Positions 1 through 8,875 of a stretch of DNA of 64,000 nucleotides are shown piece after piece. The DNA lies in contig DOYU01000021.1 of NCBI GenBank assembly GCA_003518365.1, positions 492 to 64,491 on the forward strand, written 5' to 3'. How positions within the stretch are numbered: position 1 is the stretch's first letter; each line of letters begins with the position of its first letter. The translations under genes were made by a program, and so were the position numbers. Below the pieces are notes generated by a model. That model searched no databases, was not told the DNA's origin, and saw only the letters and a list, made by a program, of their open reading frames with translations. Source of the stretch: Candidatus Magasanikiibacteriota bacterium (GTDB lineage Bacteria > Patescibacteriota > Patescibacteriia > Magasanikbacterales > UBA922).

Positions 1-345
1 TCCGTCAACTGCACTTGTATCAATATCGTCATCACTTTGGGAAGCAACTGGTGGAGTCATGGCAGCAGCTGGTGCAGCACTGCGATATGCAGGGCCACGA
101 CCACCTTCTGGTTCATTGATCTTCAGATTAACGCGAGCGTTATTCTTTGCACCAACAATCTTCAAAAGTGTTCGAACTGATCGTGCGGTTTGACCTTGGC
201 GACCGATGACGTATGCCATGTCGCTAGGATCGACGTCGAGAGTGATGAGCACACCACGCTCATCAACGGTGCGAGTTGCCTTCACTTTGTCTGGGTTGTT
301 GACAATAGCTTTGACGACGTAATCCACAAAAGATTGATCTTGTTC
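1..345 (-). CDS. KH-domain RNA-binding protein (YlqC/UPF0109-like); 3' end runs off the window edge
   Basis: Manual minus-strand translation from ATG at 345..343 gives MEQDQSFVDYVVKAIVNNPDKVKATRTVDERGVLITLDVDPSDMAYVIGRQGQTARSVRTLLKIV..., a KH_4-type fold. It sits immediately downstream of rpsP, the usual rpsP-KH-rimM-trmD arrangement. Confidence 0.6.
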
Positions 346-508
346 CATAGAATTCGTTTCAGAATGTAAATTTGTGAAGAACTGTCGACATTTCCCGAGC
401 ATATCGGGCCAGTTCTATCGTGAGAGTAGTATATACAGATGGGTGGATTTTGTCAATGTCATAAAAAAGACACACCTCACGGCATGTCTTTTTTATTATT
501 TCAAAATA

Positions 509-1021
509 TTACTCTGCTTTCTTTTCTTCTTCAGCTGGAGTTTCCTCAGCAGCAAGAGCTTCCTCTGCCTTTGGCTCTTCAACAGCTGCAGGAGCTTCAC
601 TTGCAGCTGCCTCCGCAGCCTTTGCTGCTTCTTCAGCTTCTCGTGCTGCTTGTTCTTCCGCTTCCTTCGCTGCTTTTGCAGCTTCTTCTGCCTTGCGTTT
701 TGCTTCTACGGCAGCATTTTTTACTGCATCGATCTTTCCTTGTCGTTTCTGTGAGATACTGACTGCTTTCTTTTTGTCGCCAGTCAAAATTCCTTCGCGA
801 ACAAACAAGTTGTGCACGGCTTCTGATGGAGTCGCACCTTGTGCGAGCCAGTGCTTGATGCGATCTGTATTGAGTGATACTACTTTTGGATTTGCGACAG
901 GGTTGTAGTTGCCGAGAATCTCGAGCGCACGTCCCTGTGTGTCGCGAGCATTTTCTGAGATCACCAATCGGTAACTAGGTGATTTTTTTCTTCCGATGCG
1001 TTGAAATCTAATACTAAGCAT
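509..1021 (-). CDS. rpsP: 30S ribosomal protein S16 with a C-terminal Ala/Glu/Lys-rich low-complexity extension of about 90 aa
   Basis: MLSIRFQRIGRKKSPSYRLVISENARDTQGRALEILGNYNP is the canonical S16 N-terminus. The ORF track extends to 1054 (MIGLFTSFNDIM...), but the conserved start is the internal Met at 1021. The tail KAEEAAKAAKEAEEQAAREAEEAAKAAEAAA is low complexity. Confidence 0.85.
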   Translation of the reverse strand: MLSIRFQRIGRKKSPSYRLVISENARDTQGRALEILGNYNPVANPKVVSLNTDRIKHWLAQGATPSEAVHNLFVREGILTGDKKKAVSISQKRQGKIDAVKNAAVEAKRKAEEAAKAAKEAEEQAAREAEEAAKAAEAAASEAPAAVEEPKAEEALAAEETPAEEEKKAE

Positions 1022-1181
1022 AATGTCATTAAATGATGTAAACAATCCAATCAACGCAACAACAAACTGTTAGTTGTTAAAAGTTAATTGTTACTTGATT
1101 TGAGAGCAAAATTCTGGTTTCCCAGAGGTTTTTCGTGATGTTGGCGAGTATACAGGAAAGCTCTTCAGCTGTCAATACCAT

Positions 1182-4100
1182 CTAGGACGATGCCTTCTCT
1201 ACCACCTTCTCTGCTTCTCCGAGCTTCACAGAAAGCAGCCGACTCATCCCATCATTTCCCATCGTGACGCCATAGAGCGCGTCTGCTGCGTGCATACTCA
1301 CACGATTGTGTGTGATGAGGATAAACTGTGACTCGGTTGCAAGCTCTTGCAAGATATTCGTAAAGCGGAGTGTGTTTGCTTCGTCGAGGGCAGCCTCGAC
1401 TTCATCGAGAAAGACAAATGGTGATGGATTGGTGCGAAGAATCGCACACACAAGAGCAATCGATACCATGGTTCGCTCTCCTCCAGAAAGTGACTGAATA
1501 TTTTTAATTTTCTTGCCAGGTGGATTTGCCTTGACATCAATCCCCTGCAAAATTTCTTTGCCGCGCTTTTTCCGCCGACTCTTTGCGTCATCCTCGTCAT
1601 CAAGAAGATCATCTTCAACAAGAAGTGCTTCTTCATCGGTTTCATCTAAGGCGGATCCGCCTTGGGCGGATTCTTCCCCATATATCTCAATTAAATCCGC
1701 TTCCCCACCTTCAAACAGCGTCGTAAAATAGCGCTTGAATTCTGTCTTGATTTGTTTGAATGCCTTTTTTCGTTTTTTTCTCATCATTTCATCGAGCTCG
1801 GCAATAAGTGTTTCCAAATCTTTTGCCGTCTTTGTCAGATCATCGAGCTGCAACGATAAATGACTGTGTCGCGTTTTTGTTTCTTCATATTCATCCATGA
1901 CTTCCTGATCAATGCCGCCGATGAGCGACAATTTGTATTTCAATTTATCTATTTCTGCTTGCACTGCTTCGAGCCTATCCATCGTAAGCATAGTCTCAAC
2001 ACGATTCATCACTTCGCCGAGCGACATGTGGAGCTCGTGATAGATTTCTTCTTCGAGATCTTCCATCTTTGTTTCGAGCTTTGCAATCTCGACTTGGAGC
2101 GTATTGCGCTGTTCAGAGATACCATTAAGTGATGTCTGCACGCCTTGCATCTCATCCTGGAGTGCAAACACTCGTTTTCGTTTCTTTTCTTCTTCTGCAT
2201 TGAATGCATCGATCTTTGCTTGTGCTACGGCAAGTTCTTTTTCGACTGTTTCAATATCGTCATCCAGGGCATCCCGTTCTTGCTGAAGTTTTTTCATTGC
2301 AGCATCATAATCTCCTTCACTCATTGATGAGAGAGACAACTCTTGTTCAAACCCTGCTTTTTCTTTATCTATCTCATGCTTTTGCGATTCGAGAAGCTCT
2401 CGTTTGTTTGTGCGCTTGCCAATCTCTGCTTCGAGTGTTCGCAATGTTTCGTCTTCTTGTCGATGAACAGAGGTAAGCGCCGTAAGTTTGTGGTCAAGAG
2501 AAAGCAGTTCTTCTTTTATTTCTTCTTCATTATATTTTGCTCCATACATGGATTCTTGTGAAAAGCTCAGTCCCGTACTCTTTTGTTTTCGATAGCCACC
2601 TTTCATGCTGCCGCTCTTTTCGAGGATATCTCCATCGAGCGTGACCATGCGCACACGTCCGACACCAATCTCACGAGCAGTCTCGATATCTTCGACAATC
2701 AGCGTATCGCCAAGCACGTACGAAAAAATCTCTTCAAACTTTTCATCATATGTCACAATATCGAGCGCAAGACCAATCACGCCCTTCCTTCCAAGATAGC
2801 TTTCGATATCGTGTGAAATATGTCTCCCACGAATTTTTGTCAGTGGAAGAAATGTTGCATAACCAAGTTTACTTTCACGAAGATATCTGATGCAGCTTTC
2901 TGCCACTCGTTCATCTTCGACAACAATTGACGTCAGGTGCGCGCCTGCTGCGATATCGAGTGCAAGCTGATATTCTGCTGCAACGCGACCAAGCTGCGCC
3001 ACAGCGCCAGACACACCACCAAATCGACGGCGTTCAGACAGAATCGCTTCCACTGCACGCAGTCCCGTGTATTGGAAGACCGACGTTTGGGTTTCTGCCT
3101 CACGGAGCATGCGTTCGAGGTCCTGTTTTTTCCGATGCAATTCTTGTATGTCGAGAGACACCTCTTGCACTTTTTTTATCGCAGACATGCGCTTTTGTAC
3201 AAAGTCTGTTTCTTCTTTTTGTATACGAGCGATCTCATCAGCAAGAGTCGCCACTTTCGTATCCACGTCATCACGCTTTTGCTCAAGCCATCCGATATTT
3301 TGCTTGCCGGCTTGGCTATAGGCTGTCTGCATCCGACCGGAGAGAATTGCTCGTTCACGTTCGAGTTCATTCTTTTTTTTCTGTACATCACTATATGCGC
3401 GCTGCAACTCTGCAAAAACATCTTCACGCGATGCACCTTGCGCCAGGGTCGCAAGTTCTGTCTGAATTTCTGACAACGAACGACTCAGGTCATCGTATGT
3501 TTTTTGGATGCCAAACAAATCACTCCGTCCTTTTTCAAGTGCACTGTGATAATGCCCGCCCAAAGTGACATAGTATCCTTCTTGCAATTCGCGCAGCGCG
3601 ATTTCCACTTCTTTCCGCTGTTCAAGTTTTTTTACTTGTCGAGACAAGGCCTTCAATCGTGGCGTAATTTCGTTCAACAAGAGGGATGCCTGATCAATAT
3701 GTTCCTTACTTTTTCGAAGTTTGAGAAATGATTGGTGTCGCTTAATTTGAAATTCTTTGATGCCAGCCGCTTCGTCAAAAAATGCTTTTCGCTCTGAAGG
3801 AGATTGGAGCAGCATGCGATCGATCGTCCCCTGCCCGATGACGCTGTAAGAACCATGAGCAAACTGCGCTTTTGCTAATAAAATCTGAAGATCAATAAGA
3901 CGAACAGTGCCGCCATTGACCAGATACTCGCTCTCGCCAGAACGATAAAGGTTTCGCGTAATGATCAAATCTTCGTATTCTATTGGCGCGCTGTGATCAC
4001 TATTGTCAAAGTGTAAGCTCACGCTCGCCACACTCATTTGTCCCTTGGTGGCAGACCCGGCAAAAATCACGTCCGCCGTCTTTTTTCCTCGCAATTGCTT

Positions 4101-4277
4101 CACACTCTGCTCACCCAGCACCCACCGAATCGCGTCTGAGATATTGCTCTTGCCACTCCCATTTGGCCCCACGATTGCCGTAATACTTTGGCGGTCTTTA
4201 TATGGCGGCAAAAAAGATACCGTTGTCTTATCAGCAAAGGATTTGAAGCCGTGGAGTTCGATGGATTTGAGATGCAT
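1182..4277 (-). CDS. smc: chromosome segregation protein SMC
   Basis: MHLKSIELHGFKSFADKT...IVGPNGSGKSNISDAIRWVLGEQS (Walker A), long coiled coils, and C-terminal LSGGERTMVSIALV...FLDEVEAALD (signature/Walker B). ORF track start at 4487 trimmed to the conserved Met at 4277. Confidence 0.9.
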   Translation of the reverse strand: MHLKSIELHGFKSFADKTTVSFLPPYKDRQSITAIVGPNGSGKSNISDAIRWVLGEQSVKQLRGKKTADVIFAGSATKGQMSVASVSLHFDNSDHSAPIEYEDLIITRNLYRSGESEYLVNGGTVRLIDLQILLAKAQFAHGSYSVIGQGTIDRMLLQSPSERKAFFDEAAGIKEFQIKRHQSFLKLRKSKEHIDQASLLLNEITPRLKALSRQVKKLEQRKEVEIALRELQEGYYVTLGGHYHSALEKGRSDLFGIQKTYDDLSRSLSEIQTELATLAQGASREDVFAELQRAYSDVQKKKNELERERAILSGRMQTAYSQAGKQNIGWLEQKRDDVDTKVATLADEIARIQKEETDFVQKRMSAIKKVQEVSLDIQELHRKKQDLERMLREAETQTSVFQYTGLRAVEAILSERRRFGGVSGAVAQLGRVAAEYQLALDIAAGAHLTSIVVEDERVAESCIRYLRESKLGYATFLPLTKIRGRHISHDIESYLGRKGVIGLALDIVTYDEKFEEIFSYVLGDTLIVEDIETAREIGVGRVRMVTLDGDILEKSGSMKGGYRKQKSTGLSFSQESMYGAKYNEEEIKEELLSLDHKLTALTSVHRQEDETLRTLEAEIGKRTNKRELLESQKHEIDKEKAGFEQELSLSSMSEGDYDAAMKKLQQERDALDDDIETVEKELAVAQAKIDAFNAEEEKKRKRVFALQDEMQGVQTSLNGISEQRNTLQVEIAKLETKMEDLEEEIYHELHMSLGEVMNRVETMLTMDRLEAVQAEIDKLKYKLSLIGGIDQEVMDEYEETKTRHSHLSLQLDDLTKTAKDLETLIAELDEMMRKKRKKAFKQIKTEFKRYFTTLFEGGEADLIEIYGEESAQGGSALDETDEEALLVEDDLLDDEDDAKSRRKKRGKEILQGIDVKANPPGKKIKNIQSLSGGERTMVSIALVCAILRTNPSPFVFLDEVEAALDEANTLRFTNILQELATESQFILITHNRVSMHAADALYGVTMGNDGMSRLLSVKLGEAEKVVEKASS

Positions 4278-4370
4278 GTTTTCGGGACTAGAAGCTAGAA
4301 ACTGGACACTAGGGACAGAATCGCAAATATGGGATAATAATATCATATTTTGGGAGAGAGGAACAAGGTA

Positions 4371-4399
4371 TTGACATTTTTTAGAAAATACGGTAGAGT
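4371..4399 (+). promoter_or_regulatory. sigma70-like promoter candidate for the DHH gene (TTGACA-17-TAGAGT)
   Basis: TTGACA at 4371-4376, 17-nt spacer, TAGAGT at 4394-4399, about 80 nt upstream of the ATG at 4481 in the smc/DHH divergent region. Confidence 0.35.
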
Positions 4400-4480
4400 C
4401 ATCGGCTTGTCTTTCTTCGCTCACGTATTTATAGTAAAAGGACGCAGTAACGAATTCCTCGTCACAAAGTCCAAACATAT

Positions 4481-5491
4481 ATGCCAAAACGGGTAGCCAC
4501 CCACATTTTCAAGGCCATCCAGGCAGCGAGAAAGATTCTCCTTGTGTCTCACAAAAATCCTGACGGAGACACGCTCGGATCTCTTGCTGCAATGATGCAA
4601 TACCTTCGCCATATCGAAAAACCACATGTGGCATTTTGTGCTACCGATATTTCTCCGTCACTGATGTTTTTGCCACACATCGACTATGTGACGCATACAC
4701 CGACCGTGTGGGATGATAAAGATATTGATCTCGTGATTGTATTTGATTCATCCAGTCCAGACTATGCTGGGGTAGAACACTTGCTCCCGATTATGAAAGA
4801 ACGTGGTGCACAGATCGCAAATATCGATCATCACAATACCAATCTTCAATATGGAGATTTCAACCTCGTCTTGCCAAAAGCAAGCTCAACGACAGAAATT
4901 GTCCATGACTTTTTTGCGCACAATAAAATAACCATCACACCAGCAATGGCAACATGCCTGCTCACTGGTATCATTACGGATACGGGGAATTTCACCAATG
5001 CAGCGACCACAAAACACTCGATGAATATTGCAAGCAAACTGATTGAAAAAGGCGGCAACATGGCACTCATTCAAGGATGGGTCCTGAAAGATAAGACTAT
5101 CAATGGACTCAAACTCTGGGGCACCGTACTCAGCAGAATGGCGCATCATGAAAAACTAGACATTGTCTACACGTATGTCACAAAAGAAGATATAGCAAAA
5201 CACGGCGTGACCGAACACGAAGTAGAAGGTATTGCAAACTTTATGAATAATATCAAAGATGGACGTGCTGGCATGATTCTAAAGGAAACAGAAGACGGCA
5301 ATTTCAAAGGGAGTTTTCGTACCACACATGATCATGTCGACGTCTCAGCTTTTGCAAAACTCTTTGGTGGCGGTGGACACAAAAAAGCAGCAGGCTTTTC
5401 TGTAGAAGGACCTATCGAACATGCACTCGAACATATCTTCGAAAAAATTCATCTTTTTGAGAATGGCGAACTTGCACTTGCTGAGGTGTAA
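4481..5491 (+). CDS. nrnA: DHH/DHHA1 family phosphoesterase (NrnA-like nanoRNase / pAp phosphatase)
   Basis: LLVSHKNPDGDTLGS, IDHHNTN and the C-terminal GGGGHKKAAGF (DHHA1) motif. Confidence 0.75.
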   Translation: MPKRVATHIFKAIQAARKILLVSHKNPDGDTLGSLAAMMQYLRHIEKPHVAFCATDISPSLMFLPHIDYVTHTPTVWDDKDIDLVIVFDSSSPDYAGVEHLLPIMKERGAQIANIDHHNTNLQYGDFNLVLPKASSTTEIVHDFFAHNKITITPAMATCLLTGIITDTGNFTNAATTKHSMNIASKLIEKGGNMALIQGWVLKDKTINGLKLWGTVLSRMAHHEKLDIVYTYVTKEDIAKHGVTEHEVEGIANFMNNIKDGRAGMILKETEDGNFKGSFRTTHDHVDVSAFAKLFGGGGHKKAAGFSVEGPIEHALEHIFEKIHLFENGELALAEV

Positions 5492-5503
5492 CCATAAAAA
5501 CTC

Positions 5504-5596
5504 TCCCCCTAGTAGGGGGAGTTGGAGGGGGTTACCGCAGAAGCAAGAATAGTGGTAGTCCATAACCCCACCTTAATCCTCCCCTAGTAGGGGAGG
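5504..5596. repeat. Pair of CCCCTAGTAGGGG palindromes flanking a third stem (GGGGTTA...TAACCCC)
   Basis: TCCCCCTAGTAGGGGGA at 5504-5520 and CCTCCCCTAGTAGGGGAGG at 5578-5596. Between them GGGGGTTACC...CATAACCCC can pair. G/C-rich palindromes stand out in AT-rich intergenic DNA. Confidence 0.5.
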
Positions 5597-5610
5597 AAAT
5601 AATAAAAAAA

Positions 5611-5641
5611 CAACTCACAAAAAATGTGAGCTGTTTTTTTA
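5611..5641 (+). terminator. Rho-independent terminator, likely bidirectional
   Basis: CAACTCACA-AAAAT-TGTGAGCTG stem-loop followed by TTTTTTTA. An A-tract precedes it on the other strand. Confidence 0.6.
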
Positions 5642-5776
5642 TTTCAAAAGGTTTCGTCTTTTGTCTTATGCTGAGAAGACTCATCAGTCCAGATATCATC
5701 TGAAAACCTCAATGCGACCCTGCAACACGATACCGAAGCATCGTGGCAGAGTCGCTGCAAGAGAACGTGGGAGGCA

Positions 5777-6274
5777 CTAGTACAGGTAGCGCACCACCTC
5801 GAACGTCTCAATTGCGCCTGGTTGCGGCGCAATCGGGACGAACGCCGAGATGTGCACGCCACCTTCCAGCCCGTCGACTTGGAAGACGTAGTCTTCCGTG
5901 TCCATGGTGAGGAACGCCCCACCGTAGACACCACCGTCGCCGGTGACGCCGAAGACCTCGATCTCGAAGATCATTCCGGCGTAGACCTGTACGGGGATCT
6001 CGCCGACGAACTCGTACTCGAACAGCGCGATGTCCGGATCGATGGGATCCCAGACCTGTTGCGCAAAGCCTGCCTCGTCCACCACGGTCAGCCGACAGAC
6101 CGAGATGCACTCGACCCACGCCAAGGGCGGGGTGATGGTCTCATCGCTCGGCGTCGTCGTGTCCACCTGCTCGGGGCAGGCGGCCTGGACGGGCGCGAGG
6201 GTGTCGGAGTCGCAGGCGGCGGCGAGGGTCAGGGTCAGGGTCAGGGCGATGGTGGCGACGAAGAAGCTACGCAT
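5777..6274 (-). CDS. secreted lipoprotein, paralog 1 of 3, visibly high GC
   Basis: GGAGG SD 7 nt upstream of the ATG at 6274. Signal peptide MRSFFVATIALTLTLTLAAAC with a lipobox-like Cys. Acidic Gly/Pro-rich mature region. Codons are G/C-rich relative to neighbours. ORF track start at 6433 trimmed. Confidence 0.6.
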   Translation of the reverse strand: MRSFFVATIALTLTLTLAAACDSDTLAPVQAACPEQVDTTTPSDETITPPLAWVECISVCRLTVVDEAGFAQQVWDPIDPDIALFEYEFVGEIPVQVYAGMIFEIEVFGVTGDGGVYGGAFLTMDTEDYVFQVDGLEGGVHISAFVPIAPQPGAIETFEVVRYLY

Positions 6275-6435
6275 CGGAATCCTCCGGTGATGCGGTCTCA
6301 CGATGTACTTTACTACAGCATTTCTGCAGCAAGCACGATCGAATGAACCGCACCACCAACATGTTCTCTTGCATTGTAAAAAGCATGTCAAAAGAGGTAC
6401 TTGTGTCCTATTTTGAACGGCTGAATATAACATAA

Positions 6436-6565
6436 AAACACACTTTTGTCAAGTGTATAACTAAAAAAATTGCCTTATGTTAGCAATTTTCTTCTTTTTT
6501 AGAAGTTTGCAAACAGTCGACGCAGCGCACTCCGAAGAGCGCGCCGCGTCGACCGCGAAGAAAGA
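6436..6565. repeat. Duplicated 3'-flank segment of the lipoprotein cassette, copy a
   Basis: TTTTGTCAAGTGT...AAAAAATTGCCTTATGTTAGCAATTT...GCGCAGCGCACTCCGAAGAGCGCGCCGCGTCG aligns with 7240-7370. Ends in a GC-rich hairpin. Confidence 0.6.
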
Positions 6566-7102
6566 TCAGATGCCGTCTTGCCATCCGGGGTCGTAGACCA
6601 CTTGAATGGTGTACCTGCTCCCAGGTGTCCAGTCGTAGATGGGAAATCTCAGCTTTGGTGAGGTCTCGACACCATCATTGACTCGCAGGAGAAATTTGAA
6701 CATGAGGTTGTGGGACACGAGTTCGAGTGTCACACCGCCATTCATAGGGGGCGCGACCATCAGCTCGACCTCGATCTCTGCACCTTCAAGGAGCTGAAAA
6801 TCGAAGATCTCGTTACTCGCGAGATACTCATCGAGCGTAGGTCCCTCTTCATCACTCACATAGTACTCTCCATGAAAGAACCAAATGGGAGCGACCTCCC
6901 CATCCGGCAGGGTGACCGTCACCTTCCACACACCATTGGCCCAGAGAGAAGCGAAGGCTCCTTCTCCACCATAATGAAAGGTGATGCTTGGCTCAGAGGA
7001 ATCTTCCTCCTGCGGAATTTCCACATCTGGAAGGATGGTGGTGTCACAGCCGCCAGAGCTGTAGACGAAACCGAACAGAGCGAGAAAGATAAGTGCGTGC
7101 AT
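6566..7102 (-). CDS. secreted lipoprotein, paralog 2 of 3
   Basis: MHALIFLALFGFVYSSGGC signal/lipobox with GAGGT SD. Shares ...LDEYLASNEIFDFQLLEGAEIEVELMVAPPMNGG... with paralog 3 (LDGYLAENEFLDFELTEGQTIHVELIESPPENGA). Confidence 0.55.
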   Translation of the reverse strand: MHALIFLALFGFVYSSGGCDTTILPDVEIPQEEDSSEPSITFHYGGEGAFASLWANGVWKVTVTLPDGEVAPIWFFHGEYYVSDEEGPTLDEYLASNEIFDFQLLEGAEIEVELMVAPPMNGGVTLELVSHNLMFKFLLRVNDGVETSPKLRFPIYDWTPGSRYTIQVVYDPGWQDGI

Positions 7103-7239
7103 GAAATACCTCAGTGTGAATGCGACCATTCGTCAACGTACGGGACCACCCCGCACGTAAACGTATCAATCACATCCACATGACGTTGATCTTTCAAACG
7201 TATGATACCATACGTTTGACAGTAAAAAATAGCAGAAAA

Positions 7240-7376
7240 AACAATTTTGTCAAGTGTCCAAATAAAAAATTGCCTCATATTAGCAATTTCAAATATTTTT
7301 CAAAAGTGAAGCGAAGCGGCCGGCGCAGCGCTGCAACTCCGAAGAGTGCGCGCCACGCCGGTCGCAAGGTGAGAGA
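7240..7376. repeat. Duplicated 3'-flank segment of the lipoprotein cassette, copy b
   Basis: ACAATTTTGTCAAGTGTCCAAATAAAAAATTGCCTCATATTAGCAATTT...GCGGCCGGCGCAGCGCTGCAACTCCGAAGAGTGCGCGCCACGCCGGTCGC. Confidence 0.6.
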
Positions 7377-7895
7377 TCAGGAGCAGGTGCCGTCCGGCAC
7401 GAGCTCCACGAAGTAGGCACGAGGTTCACCCACCGATGTGTAGATGGGCAGATAACACGTGGGCACTCCCCGGTTATTCGTGAACTGATACGCCTGTTGA
7501 TGGGAGACCAAGGTCATCTGCTCGGCACCATTCTCTGGTGGAGATTCGATGAGCTCGACATGGATGGTCTGTCCCTCTGTCAGCTCAAAATCCAGGAACT
7601 CATTCTCCGCCAGGTAGCCATCCAGCTTCCCGGCATCTTCATCAAGGACTTCGTACGGTCCAAGAGAGCGCCAAATCGAAGCAGCAGACCCGTCCGGATT
7701 AAGAACGCTGATCTCGCAGGCTCCTCGGCACCAAAAGGTTCCAAAGTTCTTCTCTCCGAGGTCATGCACTACAACTTTTGCGCCGTCTGCCTTCCCGACC
7801 TTTGGTGTGTCGGATATGCCCTCAATGTCCACATCGCAACCACCAATGAAGATGGCGACCAGCGCAAGAATCATGGTGATAATCGTGAGATGCAT
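7377..7895 (-). CDS. secreted lipoprotein, paralog 3 of 3
   Basis: GGAGGA SD upstream of the ATG at 7895. MHLTIITMILALVAIFIGGC signal/lipobox. Homologous to paralog 2. Confidence 0.55.
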   Translation of the reverse strand: MHLTIITMILALVAIFIGGCDVDIEGISDTPKVGKADGAKVVVHDLGEKNFGTFWCRGACEISVLNPDGSAASIWRSLGPYEVLDEDAGKLDGYLAENEFLDFELTEGQTIHVELIESPPENGAEQMTLVSHQQAYQFTNNRGVPTCYLPIYTSVGEPRAYFVELVPDGTCS

Positions 7896-8190
7896 CGCGT
7901 CCTCCATAGAAGTATGAATACGACCATTCGTCAGCGTACGGGACCACCCCGAACACAAACGTATCTGCCGCATCCATACTTCTGTGATCTCTCAAAAATA
8001 TCATATCAAACTAGGAGTATTTTTCCTAGTTTGAATAGATGAAGATAGCGTATTTTGCGACGTTTGTCAATATATTAAATATCTGGCTGTATTGCTTACG
8101 CATGTTTCATTGTCAAATTGTTACATTGTTATATTGTTGATGATATTAAATAGATTGATATATGATAATTGTTATTTGCTATCTGAAATG

Positions 8191-8217
8191 TTAGCACTCT
8201 CTTGACAAGACTGATAA
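8191..8217 (+). promoter_or_regulatory. CIRCE-like inverted repeat (HrcA operator-like) overlapping the clpP -35
   Basis: TTAGCACTC-N9-GACTGATAA against the CIRCE consensus TTAGCACTC-N9-GAGTGCTAA. The left arm is perfect; the right arm matches 7 of 9. Confidence 0.35.
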
Positions 8218-8230
8218 TCTTCTCTATGCT
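8202..8230 (+). promoter_or_regulatory. clpP promoter candidate TTGACA-17-TATGCT
   Basis: -35 at 8202-8207, 17-nt spacer, -10 at 8225-8230. An ACCAGTTACTGGT palindrome at 8260-8272 lies in the 5'UTR. Confidence 0.45.
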
Positions 8231-8284
8231 ATACTTCTTTACATAATCTATTTCTAGTTACCAGTTACTGGTTCCTAGTCCCCT

Positions 8285-8875
8285 ATGTTTATGCATTCTC
8301 AATACCTCATCCCAACCGTCATCGAAAAAACATCACACGGTGAACGTGCATACGATATTTACTCTCGCCTTTTGAAAGATCGCATTATTTTTCTTGGCAG
8401 CGCGATCGATGACGGCGTCGCAAATACCATCATCGCTCAGCTCCTCTTCCTGGCAAATCAAGACGCGGAAAAAGATATCAAACTCTATATCAACTCCCCT
8501 GGTGGATCCGTCACCGCAGGTATGGCCATCTACGACACCATGCAATTTGTAAAACCACATGTTTCGACGATTTGTATCGGCATGGCAGCAAGTATGGGAT
8601 CAGTCCTCCTCGCAGCAGGAGAAAAAGGAAAACGTTTTGTCCTCCCAAATAGTGAAGTGATGATTCATCAAGTCCTCGGTGGGACACAAGGGCAAGCAAG
8701 TGATATTCAGATTCATGCAGAACGCATTGTCAAAATGAAAAAACATCTGAATGAAATTCTTGCAAAACACTGTGGCCAAACATTTGAAAAAGTAGAAAAA
8801 GACGCAGACCGAGATTACTTCATGAGTGCGGAAGAAGCTGTGACATACGGACTTGTGGACAAAGTTATATCGTAG
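8285..8875 (+). CDS. clpP: ATP-dependent Clp protease proteolytic subunit
   Basis: [37 protein letters not shown]...[14 protein letters not shown] (catalytic Ser) ...MIHQVLGG (His). Confidence 0.95.
   Translation: MFMHSQYLIPTVIEKTSHGERAYDIYSRLLKDRIIFLGSAIDDGVANTIIAQLLFLANQDAEKDIKLYINSPGGSVTAGMAIYDTMQFVKPHVSTICIGMAASMGSVLLAAGEKGKRFVLPNSEVMIHQVLGGTQGQASDIQIHAERIVKMKKHLNEILAKHCGQTFEKVEKDADRDYFMSAEEAVTYGLVDKVIS

Noticed and set aside
374-762. Plus-strand ORFs 374..754 and 439..762 (126 and 107 aa), Leu/Phe/Cys-rich
   Set aside because: They are mirror-frame artefacts of the low-complexity GCA/GAA/AAG repeats in the rpsP tail on the opposite strand. They have no RBS and no domain.
1298-4374. Numerous 60-210 aa ORFs on both strands inside smc (for example 2927..3568 and 2937..3473)
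   Set aside because: They are fully embedded in or antisense to a high-confidence 1032-aa SMC gene. There are no motifs, and this is typical for a long coiled-coil gene.
5808-6346. ORFs 5808..6119 (-), 5822..6346 (+) and 6030..6290 (+), Arg/Gly-rich
   Set aside because: They are alternative frames of the high-GC lipoprotein gene. Stop-codon depletion in GC-rich DNA creates long spurious ORFs. Only the frame with an SD, signal peptide and lipobox was kept.
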